DNA of 37,080 bases. Source: Elsinoe ampelina. Lineage: Eukaryota. The notes under the pieces are model-generated. The model was not told the origin of the DNA, ran no database searches, and saw only the letters and a program-made list of their open reading frames with translations. Each line of letters opens with the position of its first letter. Within the stretch, counting starts at the first letter, position 1. Shown here piece by piece: positions 23,119-33,097 of this stretch. The DNA is taken from assembly GCA_010093995.1 (NCBI GenBank), contig ML992507.1:450528-487607 (forward strand), written 5' to 3'. Made by a program: the position numbers and the translations under genes.

Positions 23119-26100
23119 CTAGAGGATAAGTTCTATTCTCTAGTAGAATAAGAGCAATTCGAGATAGATCCGGAGGTATATAGTTACTAAATAGTGTCGT
23201 TAGCTACTATATCCCTGCTATTATAACTCCTATTACTATTTACGACCCTTATAACTACTCTCGTACTATTACACTTTAAGCCTTTATCGACACTAGCGCG
23301 CTTATTAGCGCCGTAGTTAATTATAACGTTCTTAATAAGCTAAAGAGCTTTAGCTACCCCGTAGTACTAGCTAGTTCTATTTAGCTTTAAGCCTATAATA
23401 GTGTTCTAATAGAGTAAGTTACATATAGCGTTCCCCTTACTACTACTATTTCTAGTAAGCTAAATAACCTTACTACCTTTTATATTATAGATATTAGCTA
23501 ATTCGACATTATTCTTAGCCTTAGTTAGCTTAAGGCTAATAGACCTACTATCGATTATAAACACGGCTAAGTTATATATAAAGGAGAGTTTTTACTAGTC
23601 GTTATTAAGTAGGAGCTACTATAGCTAATTAAAGAACTAGGATCTAAATCTAAGTCTAGCTTAGATTTAGGAACCTAGCTCGGTAAAGCCGCTACCCTAG
23701 TTTAGAACTAGTTCGGTTCTAGTCTAACTCGCAAACTAAGTTCTAGCTTAGCTACTAAGTTAGGACAAACTAGACTATATCGGCTACTAGCTCTTAGGTT
23801 AAACTTTAAGCTAAATTAGGAGGAGTTTAAGCTAATCTCCTATAGTACTTAGTTAATATATAAGTTCTTCTATATACCTGCCTACGTAATTAACGCTAAA
23901 TAAGAAGAGCCGACTATCGCCTTTATTAGCGTAGTTGCTTTTATATTAGTAGCTAAATACTAAAAGAATAAGGTGTTTATAATCTCGGTAAAGAATATTA
24001 AAGACTACTACCGGATAGCCTCTAAGCTAGAACTAGATTCTATAGTAGTTCTCCTAGAGGAGTTATAGAAGTTTACTAATGTCTTCTCTAAAGAATAATC
24101 TAATACGCTCCCTTAGCATCGGCCGGATTTTAACAACTATATTACACTTAAAGATAGTGCTAAGCTACTATATATAGAGCCTTTACGCTACCTATTACTA
24201 TAAGAACTTAATATAGTAGAATAATTTATCTAAGAACATCTTAATAAAGGCTTTATTATACTAAGTTCTACTAGCTATTCCTTACTTATTCTCTTTATTT
24301 ATAAGCTAGGTAGAGGTCTCTACCTCTATGTCGATTACTATAGCCTTAACGAGGTAACTAAGTAAGATATCTATCTACTACCCCTTATCGAAGAAACACT
24401 TATATACGTAAGTAAGGCTAAATAGTTTAGTAAGATCGATATCTATTAAGCCTTCTATCGCCTCCGTAACTCTATTAATAGTAAGGATCTAACTATGTTC
24501 TCTATATATATAAGTAACTTTAAGTAGTTAGTAATGCCTTTCGGCCTTACTAACGCCTCTATAGTCTAGTAGAGGTTTATAAATTACAACTTTGTCGATA
24601 TACTAGAGCGCTTTATATCGATCTATCTAGATAACATTCTTATCTATACTAATAGTACTTACCGAGAGTACGCTAAGCATATTAAGCTTGTACTCTAGAG
24701 GCTCTATAAATTAGGCCTAAACGCTAATATTAAGAAGAGTAAGTTCTACCTAATAGAGGTAAAGTATCTTAGTATTATTATTAGCCGAGATAGAGTTAAA
24801 ATAGATCTAAAGAAGATAGAAGCTATACGAGCCTAGAAATAGCTAGCTCCTAGTAATACTACTTAGTTAAGAAGCTTTATTAGTTTCTATAGCTACTATC
24901 GCTACTTTATTAAGGGATTTAGCACCATCGCTAAGCTACTAAATAATCTCCTTAAGAAGGACACTACACTATAGAACGATAAGTGTACTACTATATTTAA
25001 CTATATAAAGTATACTATTATAAGTGTATCTATCCTTACGCACTTTAATCGCTCGAAGTAGATAGTCCTTAAGACTAACGCCTCTAACACTACTACTACT
25101 AGAATTCTATTATAATATAATAAGTCTAACATTCTCTAGCCTATTACCTTTTTAAGTAAATCTATAAATAAAGCCGAACGTAACTACGCTATCTACGACA
25201 AGGAACTACTAGCAATTATCTAAGCCTTTAAGGAATAGGCCCCTAAGCTTATAAGCACTTAATTTAATAAGGCTATCTACGTCCTTACTGACTACTAATC
25301 CTTAATACACTTTATAAAGACTTAGAAGCTATTACGCTACTAAGTACGCTAAGCTCTCTACCTTGCGTAGTTTAACTTTAAGATTATATATAGGCCTAGC
25401 GCTACTAATAGCAAGGCTAATATACTTATAAGGAGAAATAGAGATATACTATATTTAAGAGAAGACTCTAATCTACACTAGACGCTACTACTATATAAGG
25501 TGCTAGATTAGCATATTATTAACGAACTAAATCTAGGTCGCATCTAAACTAGATTACTAATCTAAGCCGAACTAAGATCTAGTTTAGTATCTAGTTCGTA
25601 GACTAGTTCGCTATCTAGTTCGTTACTGATTTTGCCTCCTATTTTACTATCTATATCGGCGCCTATTTCGGCTATCGAACTAGGCATTTACGTAGTACCT
25701 ATCTTAGCTATAGAAGAACCTTTACCTCTTTTCGGAGAAGTAGCTAAAGCTAACTTATAAGACACTAAGTGTAAAATAGTTAGAGGCATCTACTATATAA
25801 TAGAGGCCTTCCTAAAGAGGAAATAGCTACTATCGACCGATGTTACTATTAATAAAGGAATGTTATAGGTCGCTAGCTAACTATTTATACTATAGTTAAT
25901 AGCTATAAAGGTTATCTAAGAAGTCTATACATCGAAGAACTATATATATAGAGGAGCTACTAAAACGACTACTATAATTAAGACTACCTTTTATATCCCG
26001 AGCTATAATAACTTTATTAAGAGGTTCGTTGCTAACTGTTATAACTATAAGCGCTTAAAGGCTCGCTATAGCTTACTAGCTAGCCTCCTATTACTATTGC

Positions 26101-27218
26101 CTATTCCGGTAAGACCTTAGTAATATATTACTATAGACTTCGTTACTAGCCTACCCCTAGTAGATAGCTATAACGTAGTGCTATATATTGTCGATTGCTT
26201 ATCTAAGAAGCGACACTTAATTCCTTACTTCTAGAGAGAAGAAGAAACCTCTATATTCGAGATAGCTAAGCTATTATTCTTCTACGTGTAGAAACTATAT
26301 AGCCTACTAGATAGTATTACCTCTAACTATAGCCCTTAGTTCGTTAGCGACGTATAGAAGAGGCTCTACTAGATCCTAAAGATTATAGCTAAGCTATCTA
26401 CCGCTAGCTACTCTTAAATAGATAGCTAATTAGAAGTTATAAACCGAGAGTTCAAACGAGTTATTCGATCCTATATAATACAGTTTAGTAATTAAACTCT
26501 TGTCCTACTAGTTATAGAGTTCTCTATAAACACTAACCCCTCGGAAAGTACTAAGCTATTACTATTTAAGGTAACTAGAGAATATAAGCTAAGAATAAGC
26601 TTCTAGCCCTCTACTAATGTACTATTAACAAGAGCTAAGCTTAATAAGGCCGAAATTCGCGCGCTTGCTAAACAACTAGAAGAAGCTCTTACTATTACTA
26701 AAGCTAACCTTACTATTGCTTAGTTACAAATAGTAGAGTAAGCTAATAAACACCGCTAGCTAATAGAGTTCGAAGCTAGCGATTTAGTATAGTTATTAAC
26801 GAAAAACCTTTAGCTATAAGGCAATATAAAACTACTACTAAAGTATATTAGTCCTTATAAGATTCTTAAAAAATAGTTACTATTAGTGTATAAGCTTAAT
26901 CTACTAGCTATACTATAAAGGATTTACTCTATATTCTACACTAACCTCCTTACTAAGTATCTAAATAACCCTCCACTAGGCTAAGCCTTTAAGGAACTAC
27001 CTCCGGTAGAGATTAATAGTAAGGAAGAGTATAAGGTAAATAACATAATTAATATACGTTTACTATAAGGGAAGCTAGTTACTTATATAAGCTAGAAGAG
27101 CTATCTAGAGAATCTTACCTAGTAGCTAATTAACAATCTTAAAGGAGTAGCTAACGTGCTACGTAACTATCTAGACTCTTATATAGATAAGCTAAGGCCG
27201 AAATAGATTAATAAATAA
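23109..27218 (+). pseudogene. pol: A3 pol (PR-RT-RH-IN-chromodomain), RIP-inactivated
   Basis: FIDTGA near 23283, YLD(D)IL near 24624, NYAIYDKELL near 25182, integrase core ~26130-26480, chromodomain ~27025-27175. Confidence 0.9.
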
Positions 27219-27263
27219 TGTATAATAGTGTTTAAGAGTAAACGCACTTAAGAGAGAGAGTAG

Positions 27264-27466
27264 TAATATAAGATAGATACGAACTAGATTTAGTTAGGAT
27301 CTAGTTTAGATTAGTTATGTAATTTTAGCATTATAGCTTAGACTTTTAGCTGCTTCGCCCTCGATATTACGTGTACTTTATATACTAGCTTTTCTTCTTC
27401 TTCTTCTAAGTCTCGATATCTTAACGAATAGACGTAATTAACCTCTTGTCTTACTAGTCGTAATTA
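27264..27466 (+). repeat. A3 3' LTR (203 bp)
   Basis: Preceded by purine tract and followed by TSD GAATT. Confidence 0.95.
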
Positions 27467-28080
27467 GAATTAAGCTAATATCTAAGGATATAAACATACT
27501 AGTAGTTAATATTAAGAAGTTATATAACTAGCTATACTAAGATATAGTATTTATATTATAAAGAATAGTAGAGTTTACTAACTAGAAGAGAATTATAGGA
27601 CTAATTCTATAGGAGAGAGAGAAAGTTTACCTCTTTAGTAAAAACATTAAAACGAAACAACTAGGTAAGAAGCTTAACTACACTAAACTAGGACTCTTTA
27701 AGATCCTAGAAAAGAAAAACAAAAACGTATATAAACTAGAACTACTTAGACATATAAGGATCTACTTAGTCTTTTATATATTACTATTAGAGAAAGCACT
27801 ATAGAACATAGTACCTAGACCTATTAAACTAGATAAAGAGATATAAGAGCTATAGTATAAAATTAAAAGAGTTTTACGTTATAAATTTATAAGAGAAAAG
27901 CGTTACTATCTTATCTACTAGAAAGAATATTAGTATAGTAAGGTAATATAGGAACTAGAGAAATACCTTACCTCGTAAGTAATCTTAGATTACTAGACTA
28001 AAAACCTATTCTAAGTAAACTAACTAGGTAGGCCTAATACTACTAATACTAAACAAAAATAAGAATGCCTAAGGAAGACT
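27467..28080 (+). pseudogene. pol: B1 pol part 3 (integrase GPF/Y module and chromodomain)
   Basis: KKLDHTKLGPFKI near 27667-27705. Chromodomain YEIERVL...YYLIHWK.Y.....WEPE near 27855-27990. End position is approximate. Confidence 0.85.
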
Positions 28081-28082
28081 AC

Positions 28083-28631
28083 TTAGCCGATAGAAGTACT
28101 CTAATTGTTACTAAATAGGGAACTCTAATTGGAGTTAGGCATAAATAATTACTAATTCTATAGTAGAATAAGATCTACTAACGATAGTATTTTCTCTTAC
28201 TCTAGAACTTAAATACGAGTTTCCTCTAGAGAAATTACTTTCTTTACTTTATTCTCTAATTTCTATATCTCTTCGCATAGGCGAAGCTTATTGCCTATAG
28301 CTCGTTAATAAGCCTCTTTTACCTTTTTATAAGCTTCTTTAGCTTTCTTTCTAGTAGCCTTAGCTATAACTAATTCCTTTCGTAAATAAATATACTTAGA
28401 CTAGAGACGCTACTATTCTAATTTTGTTACCTAAATATTATAACTCGAATAGTTACTTACGATATACTAGCTATAAATACCCGACTAAACGTAGACTTTA
28501 TAGTCTAGCTCTTTTAACTTATAACAAGAGCAAGCTTATAGCATATTAGTTCTAAACAATTTAATAAACTCCGAGAGGTTCTTTTATATAGATATACTAG
28601 ATTTACTATACCTTTAACAACTAGGAGGCAT
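28083..28631 (-). pseudogene. B1 antisense accessory ORF (~182 aa): Zn(II)2Cys6-like cluster followed by coiled coil, RIP-inactivated
   Basis: Intact ATG at 28631 and one frame with RIP-type stops. C-x2-C-x6-C-x8-C-x2-C-x7-C spacing at 28440-28532 (first Cys an intact TGC, the others TAT). E/K/A/R-rich helix follows. The 5' end is repeated in B2 (ATG 13204). Stop position is uncertain. Confidence 0.75.
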
Positions 28632-28705
28632 ATTTAGTATATAGCGTATAAGGACAAGAAAGAATACTTACTCGTTAGAATAACTTAATTAAAGGAGAAG
28701 AGTAA

Positions 28706-29168
28706 TGTTATAAACTAGTAGGATAGCTAGAGTATAGAGATATTAGAACTAATTAAACTACTAAGGTTATTACGTAACCTAGCCTAATATTTACCTAGTT
28801 CTTTATCTTCTCTAGTAGCTCTACTCTAGAAACTATAGAGCGTATAGGTTACTAGCGGACGTATACTCTATATTGCCCCCGACTCTCGCTATAGAGTACA
28901 TACAGCATATAGAGAACACAATAGAAAATATATATATATAGGAATAGTCCTTACCTTATATAAGTACTATAGTTAACCTCGTCTAGATAGCGAACACTAG
29001 TATTACTAAGGCTAGCCTTTATAATACTATCTAATTATACTTTATTATCTATAAGACATATCTTCTCTAACTCTTACCTTAGTGCTATACTACTATAGAA
29101 GTAGAACTACCTCGTTCTTAGCTTAGCTTAGACTACTAGCGTAGGCTATGTTTAGACGGTTTATAATA
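28706..29168 (+). repeat. B1 3' LTR (463 bp)
   Basis: Begins TGTTA after the PPT and is a direct repeat of 3721-4183. Confidence 0.95.
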
Positions 29169-31046
29169 GTATACTAGGCCCTCTACCTTATGTAGTTTAA
29201 CTTTAAAATTATATATAGGCCTAGCGCTACTAATAGTAAGGCCGACGTACTTATAAGGAGAAATAGAGACGTACTACGCTCGAAGGAAGACTCTAATCTA
29301 CGCTAGACACTATTACTATATAAGGTGCTAGATTAGCGTATTATTAACGAACTAAATCTAGGTCGTATCCGAACTAGATTACTAATCTAAGCTAAACTAA
29401 GATCTAGTTTAGTATCTAGTTTATAAACTAGTTCGCTACCTAGTTTATTACCTATTTTACCTTCTATTTCGCTACCTATTTCGATGCCTATTTTAGCTTA
29501 TAAGCTAGGCATCTACGTAGCACCTATCTTAGTCTTAGAAGAGCTACTTTTACTACTGTTTAACGAAGTAGCTAGAGCTAACTTACGAGACTCTAACTTT
29601 AAGTTAGTTCGTAGCATCTACTATATAATAGGAGCCTTTCTAAAGAGGAAATAGCTACTATTAACTAATGTTACAATCGAGAAGAGGATACTATAGGCCG
29701 ATAGCCGATTAATTGTACCTTTCTCTATAGCTATAAAAGTTATCTAAGAGGTTTATATATTAAAAGACTATATATACGAGAGAGCTACTAAGATATCTAC
29801 TATAATTAAAACTACCTTCTATATTCCTAAATACAATAGTAATATAAAGAGGTTTATTACTAACTACTATAACTATAAATAGTTAAAGGCCCGCTATAGT
29901 CTACTAGCTAGTCTCCTCTCCCTATTACCTATTCTAGTAAGACTATAGTAATATATTACTATAGACTTCGTTACTAGTCTACTCTTAGTAGACAGCTATA
30001 ACGTAGTACTCTATATCGTTAACTACCTATCTAAGGAATAGTACTTAATTCTATACTTCTCTAGAGAAGGTAGCACTTTAGCGTTTAAGACTACTAAGCT
30101 ATTATTCTTCTACGTGTAGAAACTATATAGTCTACTAGATAGTATTACCTTAGATTGCGGCCCTTAGTTCGTTAGCGACGTATAGAAGAGACTCTACTAA
30201 ATTCTAAAGATTACTACTAAACTGTCTACTATAGAGTATCTATAAATAGATAGCTAATTAGAGGTTATAAATTGCAAGTTTAAGCGAGTTATCTATTTAT
30301 ACGCTATACGCTTTAGTAATTAGACACTTATTCTACTAGTCGTAGAATTCTCTACTAATATTAACCTATTAGAGAGTACTAAGCTATTACTGTTCGAGGT
30401 TACTAGAGAATATAAGCTAAAGCTAAGCTTTTAGCCCCCTTCTAACATACTATTAATAAGAGCTAAGCTAAATAAGGTCGATATCTATACACTTACTAAG
30501 TAACTAGAGGAGGTACTAGCTATTACTAAGGCTAATCTTACTATTACCTAGTTACGGATAGTAGAATAAGTAAATAAGTATTACTAGCTAATCGAGTTTA
30601 AGGCTAGTAATTTAGTTTAGCTATTAACGAAGAACCTCTAGCTATAGGGCAATCTAAAGCTACTACTAAAGTATGTTAGTCCCTATAAGATCCTTAAGAA
30701 ACAATTACTACTAGTATATAAGCTCGATCTACTAGCTACGCTATAGAGGATCTACCTAGTGTTCTACGCTAACCTTCTTACTAAGTACCTAAATAACTCT
30801 CTACTAGGCTAAGCCTTTAATAAACTACCTCTAGTAGAGGTCGATAGTAAAGAGAAGTATAAGGTAGATAACGTAATTAATATATATATACTATAAGGGA
30901 AGCTAGTTACTTATATAAGCTAGAAGAGCTATCTAGAGGATCTTACCTAGTAGCTAATTAATAATCTTAAAGGAGTAGCTAATATACTACGTAACTATCT
31001 AGACTATTATATAGATAAGCTAAGGCTAAAATAGATCGACGAATAA
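29169..31046 (+). pseudogene. pol: A1 pol 3' part (end of RNase H, integrase, chromodomain)
   Basis: Colinear with A2 14280-16160 and A3 25343-27218. Confidence 0.9.
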
Positions 31047-31091
31047 TATATAATAGCATTTAAGAGTAAATACGTTTAAGAGGGAAGGTAG

Positions 31092-31296
31092 TAATATAAG
31101 ATAGATACGAACTAGATTCAGTTAGGATCTAGTTTAGGAATTAGTTATATAATTTTAGTATTATAGCCTAGGCTTCTAGCTACTCTACTCTTAATATTAT
31201 ATATGCTTTATATACTAGCTTTTCTTCTTCTTCTTCTAAGTCTTAATATTTTAATAAATAGACATAATTAACTTCTTATCTTACTAGTTATAATTA
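31092..31296 (+). repeat. A1 3' LTR (205 bp)
   Basis: Family A LTR with a 2-bp insertion near 31137. The predicted right TSD is TCTTC (31297-31301). Confidence 0.93.
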
Positions 31297-31896
31297 TCTT
31301 CTTACTAGTATTTCGTTATTATTAACTCTAGTAGCGTATAGAATACTATACTACTAGGCCTAGAAACTCTACCCGCTATATAGAATAAGCTACGCTACTA
31401 CTAGGTTCTAGTAGTTTTAGTAATGTATACTAGAGAATAGACCGGAGACTCGAACGAAATATAGCCTGTCGGTGCTATACTATAACTGCTATCTCGATCG
31501 TCCTTGTCTAGTCTTAAGGACGAAGGGGTAGAGTAGTTTTTAGGTTAGGTTAGGTACTAGAATTACTACCTATAACTTAACCTATAGCGATACTAGTACC
31601 TAAAGCTTAGTAACTGTAACCCTCTAAGCCTTAGGTAGTGTTACTTAGCCTTAGGTATATAGTTAGTTATAGTGTTACTTATAACACTACCTAATAGTAC
31701 CTATAGGTGCCTAAGGGTCGAGGAGTAGATATATATCTTAAGAACTTAAGATTTAAAAATTAAAATTTAAAAGTTAAAGGTTATAATTACATTTATTAAT
31801 TACGCTAATCTTACTAGCACCTCCTATCTACTCTTATAGCCTATGCCTTACTTACTTATCTACCTTTATAGAATAATTGTCCTTGCTATAAACTAT

Positions 31897-32440
31897 CTAA
31901 TTGTCCTAGTTATATATATTAAACTTTATATAATAGCGACAAGCAAGCTATAAATCTTTCTAGTTAATAGTAACTCGCTTAGTATAAATATAATTAAGAT
32001 TTATATCTAAGAATATTAGTATCTATAATAGTATTAAATTTAAATAATAGATACCTTCTATATATCTAATAATAAATGTCTCTATTGCTTCTTAAAGTGC
32101 TTTAAGAGCTTTAGATTAGATATAAAAGCTTTTATCTTAACAAATATAGTCTTTAATAATCTTATAGATAAGGCAGCTAAAGAGAAGCTTATAGTAGAGA
32201 AGTTTAGTTAACTTCTAGTAGCGATAAATCTCTCGGAGGGTAATAGCTATATAGTATTAGTAATATAATGTAATAATTAATTATAATAATTATACTACTA
32301 GCCTTAAACTTGTTCTTCTTTCTAGGAGCAATAGTTGTCTTATAAGGTTACTTAGTAGTAGAAGCCTTAGGTCTACTAGACAACTTACTCTTATAACTAT
32401 AACTATAGATTAGTACTATAGTACCTCTCTTAGGAGGTAT
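31897..32440 (-). pseudogene. Divergent histone H3 / CenH3-like gene with 2 introns, RIP-inactivated
   Basis: Exons 32440-32296, 32246-32055 and 32006-~31897 with GT..CTAAT..AG introns at 32295-32247 and 32054-32007. Spliced literal reading is KASTITLREIYRY*KLTKLLYYKLLFSCLIYKII...I*SKALKAL*EAIETFIIRYIEDINLNYIYTKRVTIN*KDL*LACR. It reverts by C>T/G>A reversal to GTVALREIRRYQKSTELLxRKLPFSRLVREI...QSEALEALQEA.E....EDTNL..IHAKRVTI.QKDLQLARR. Start and stop are approximate. Confidence 0.9.
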
Positions 32441-32602
32441 AGTTGCTATTACTACTAAGGATAGAGTCTTAGGAGGTACTTATAATATAAAGTAATCTTA
32501 TAGTAGTAAGAGTAAGGTAATAGAGAGTATAGAAAGTAATAAGGTAGATATAGTAGTAGTATAAAGAAAGATAAGTAGAAAGAGAAGAAGTAAAAGAGAT
32601 AG

Positions 32603-32659
32603 AAGAAGAGAAATATATAATAAGAAGAGAAATATATAATAAGAAGAGAAATACGTAAT
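32603..32659 (+). repeat. 19-bp tandem repeat x3 (aagaagagaaatatataat)
   Basis: Read directly. It lies in the purine-rich spacer upstream of the H3-like gene. Confidence 0.85.
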
Positions 32660-33097
32660 AATTTAGTAGCTAGTAATAGCATAGCTAACAATAGAAATGT
32701 AATATTATAATAGAAATATAAAATTAGCAAATTAGAAATGTATAGTATATAGAATACTTACTTATTATAATATTATTTACAATAGTAAGGTATATAATAT
32801 TAGATTTGTTTAAACGCTTAGAAGAAGAGGAATCTAGATATTATAGAGTACTAACAATAAATACGTAATAATCTAGCGTAATAATACAATACTAATTTAG
32901 TATACTATAATTCTTAAAAACCTTATATTTTATATTTTATATTCTACTCTAGCTACCTTATTATTACTTTATATATAGTAGAAAGCTATATTACTCTCCT
33001 CTATTCTTCTTCTTCTTCTATTAACTTTCTTTCTTCTTATCTCTACTACCCTTTTATTTCTATACCTTTAAGTTTAACTTTTATATCTTATTTTACT

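Larger units (their letters stand above)
21201..27466 (+). mobile_element. Family A copy A3, full length and uninterrupted (6266 bp), inserted in B1 integrase
   Basis: 203-bp LTRs at 21201-21403 and 27264-27466. Perfect TSD GAATT at 21196-21200 and 27467-27471. Confidence 0.96.
3721..29168 (+). mobile_element. Ty3/Gypsy chromovirus LTR retrotransposon, family B copy B1 (~7.0 kb once C1 and A3 are removed)
   Basis: Two 463-bp LTRs at 3721-4183 and 28706-29168. TSD GTATG (3716-3720) / GTATA (29169-29173) differs by one RIP-type change. A1 pol rejoins seamlessly across the insertion. PPT aaaggagaagag at 28691-28702. Confidence 0.95.
1..31296 (+). mobile_element. Ty3/Gypsy chromovirus LTR retrotransposon, family A copy A1 (outermost; 5' LTR upstream of the window; interrupted by B1 at 3721-29168)
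   Basis: Bases 1-3720 and 29169-31296 are colinear with the uninterrupted copy A3, and base 1 corresponds to A2 position ~10280. Order is gag-PR-RT-RNaseH-IN-chromodomain. Purine tract at ~31078-31089 precedes the 3' LTR. Confidence 0.95.

Noticed and set aside
28083..28631. env-like third ORF in families B or C
   Set aside because: The extra ORFs are antisense, short and hydrophilic, with no signal peptide or transmembrane segment evident.
9874..31296. Recurrent ~200-bp repeats as a possible CRISPR-like or satellite array
   Set aside because: They are paired LTRs with PPTs and TSDs, spaced by kilobases of gag-pol.
1..31296. Assigning named elements or a host species
   Set aside because: The pattern fits RIP-competent ascomycetes generally, and I cannot match LTRs to named families without a database search.
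31540..31554. (TTAGG)3 as an interstitial telomere
   Set aside because: Only three units, not the usual ascomycete TTAGGG, and easily produced in TAG-rich RIPed DNA.
32455..32730. 91-aa minus-strand ORF from the ORF track
   Set aside because: It is a low-complexity Y/F/L translation of a pyrimidine-rich tract with a 19-bp repeat, starts at TTG, and is not in frame with the H3-like gene just downstream.
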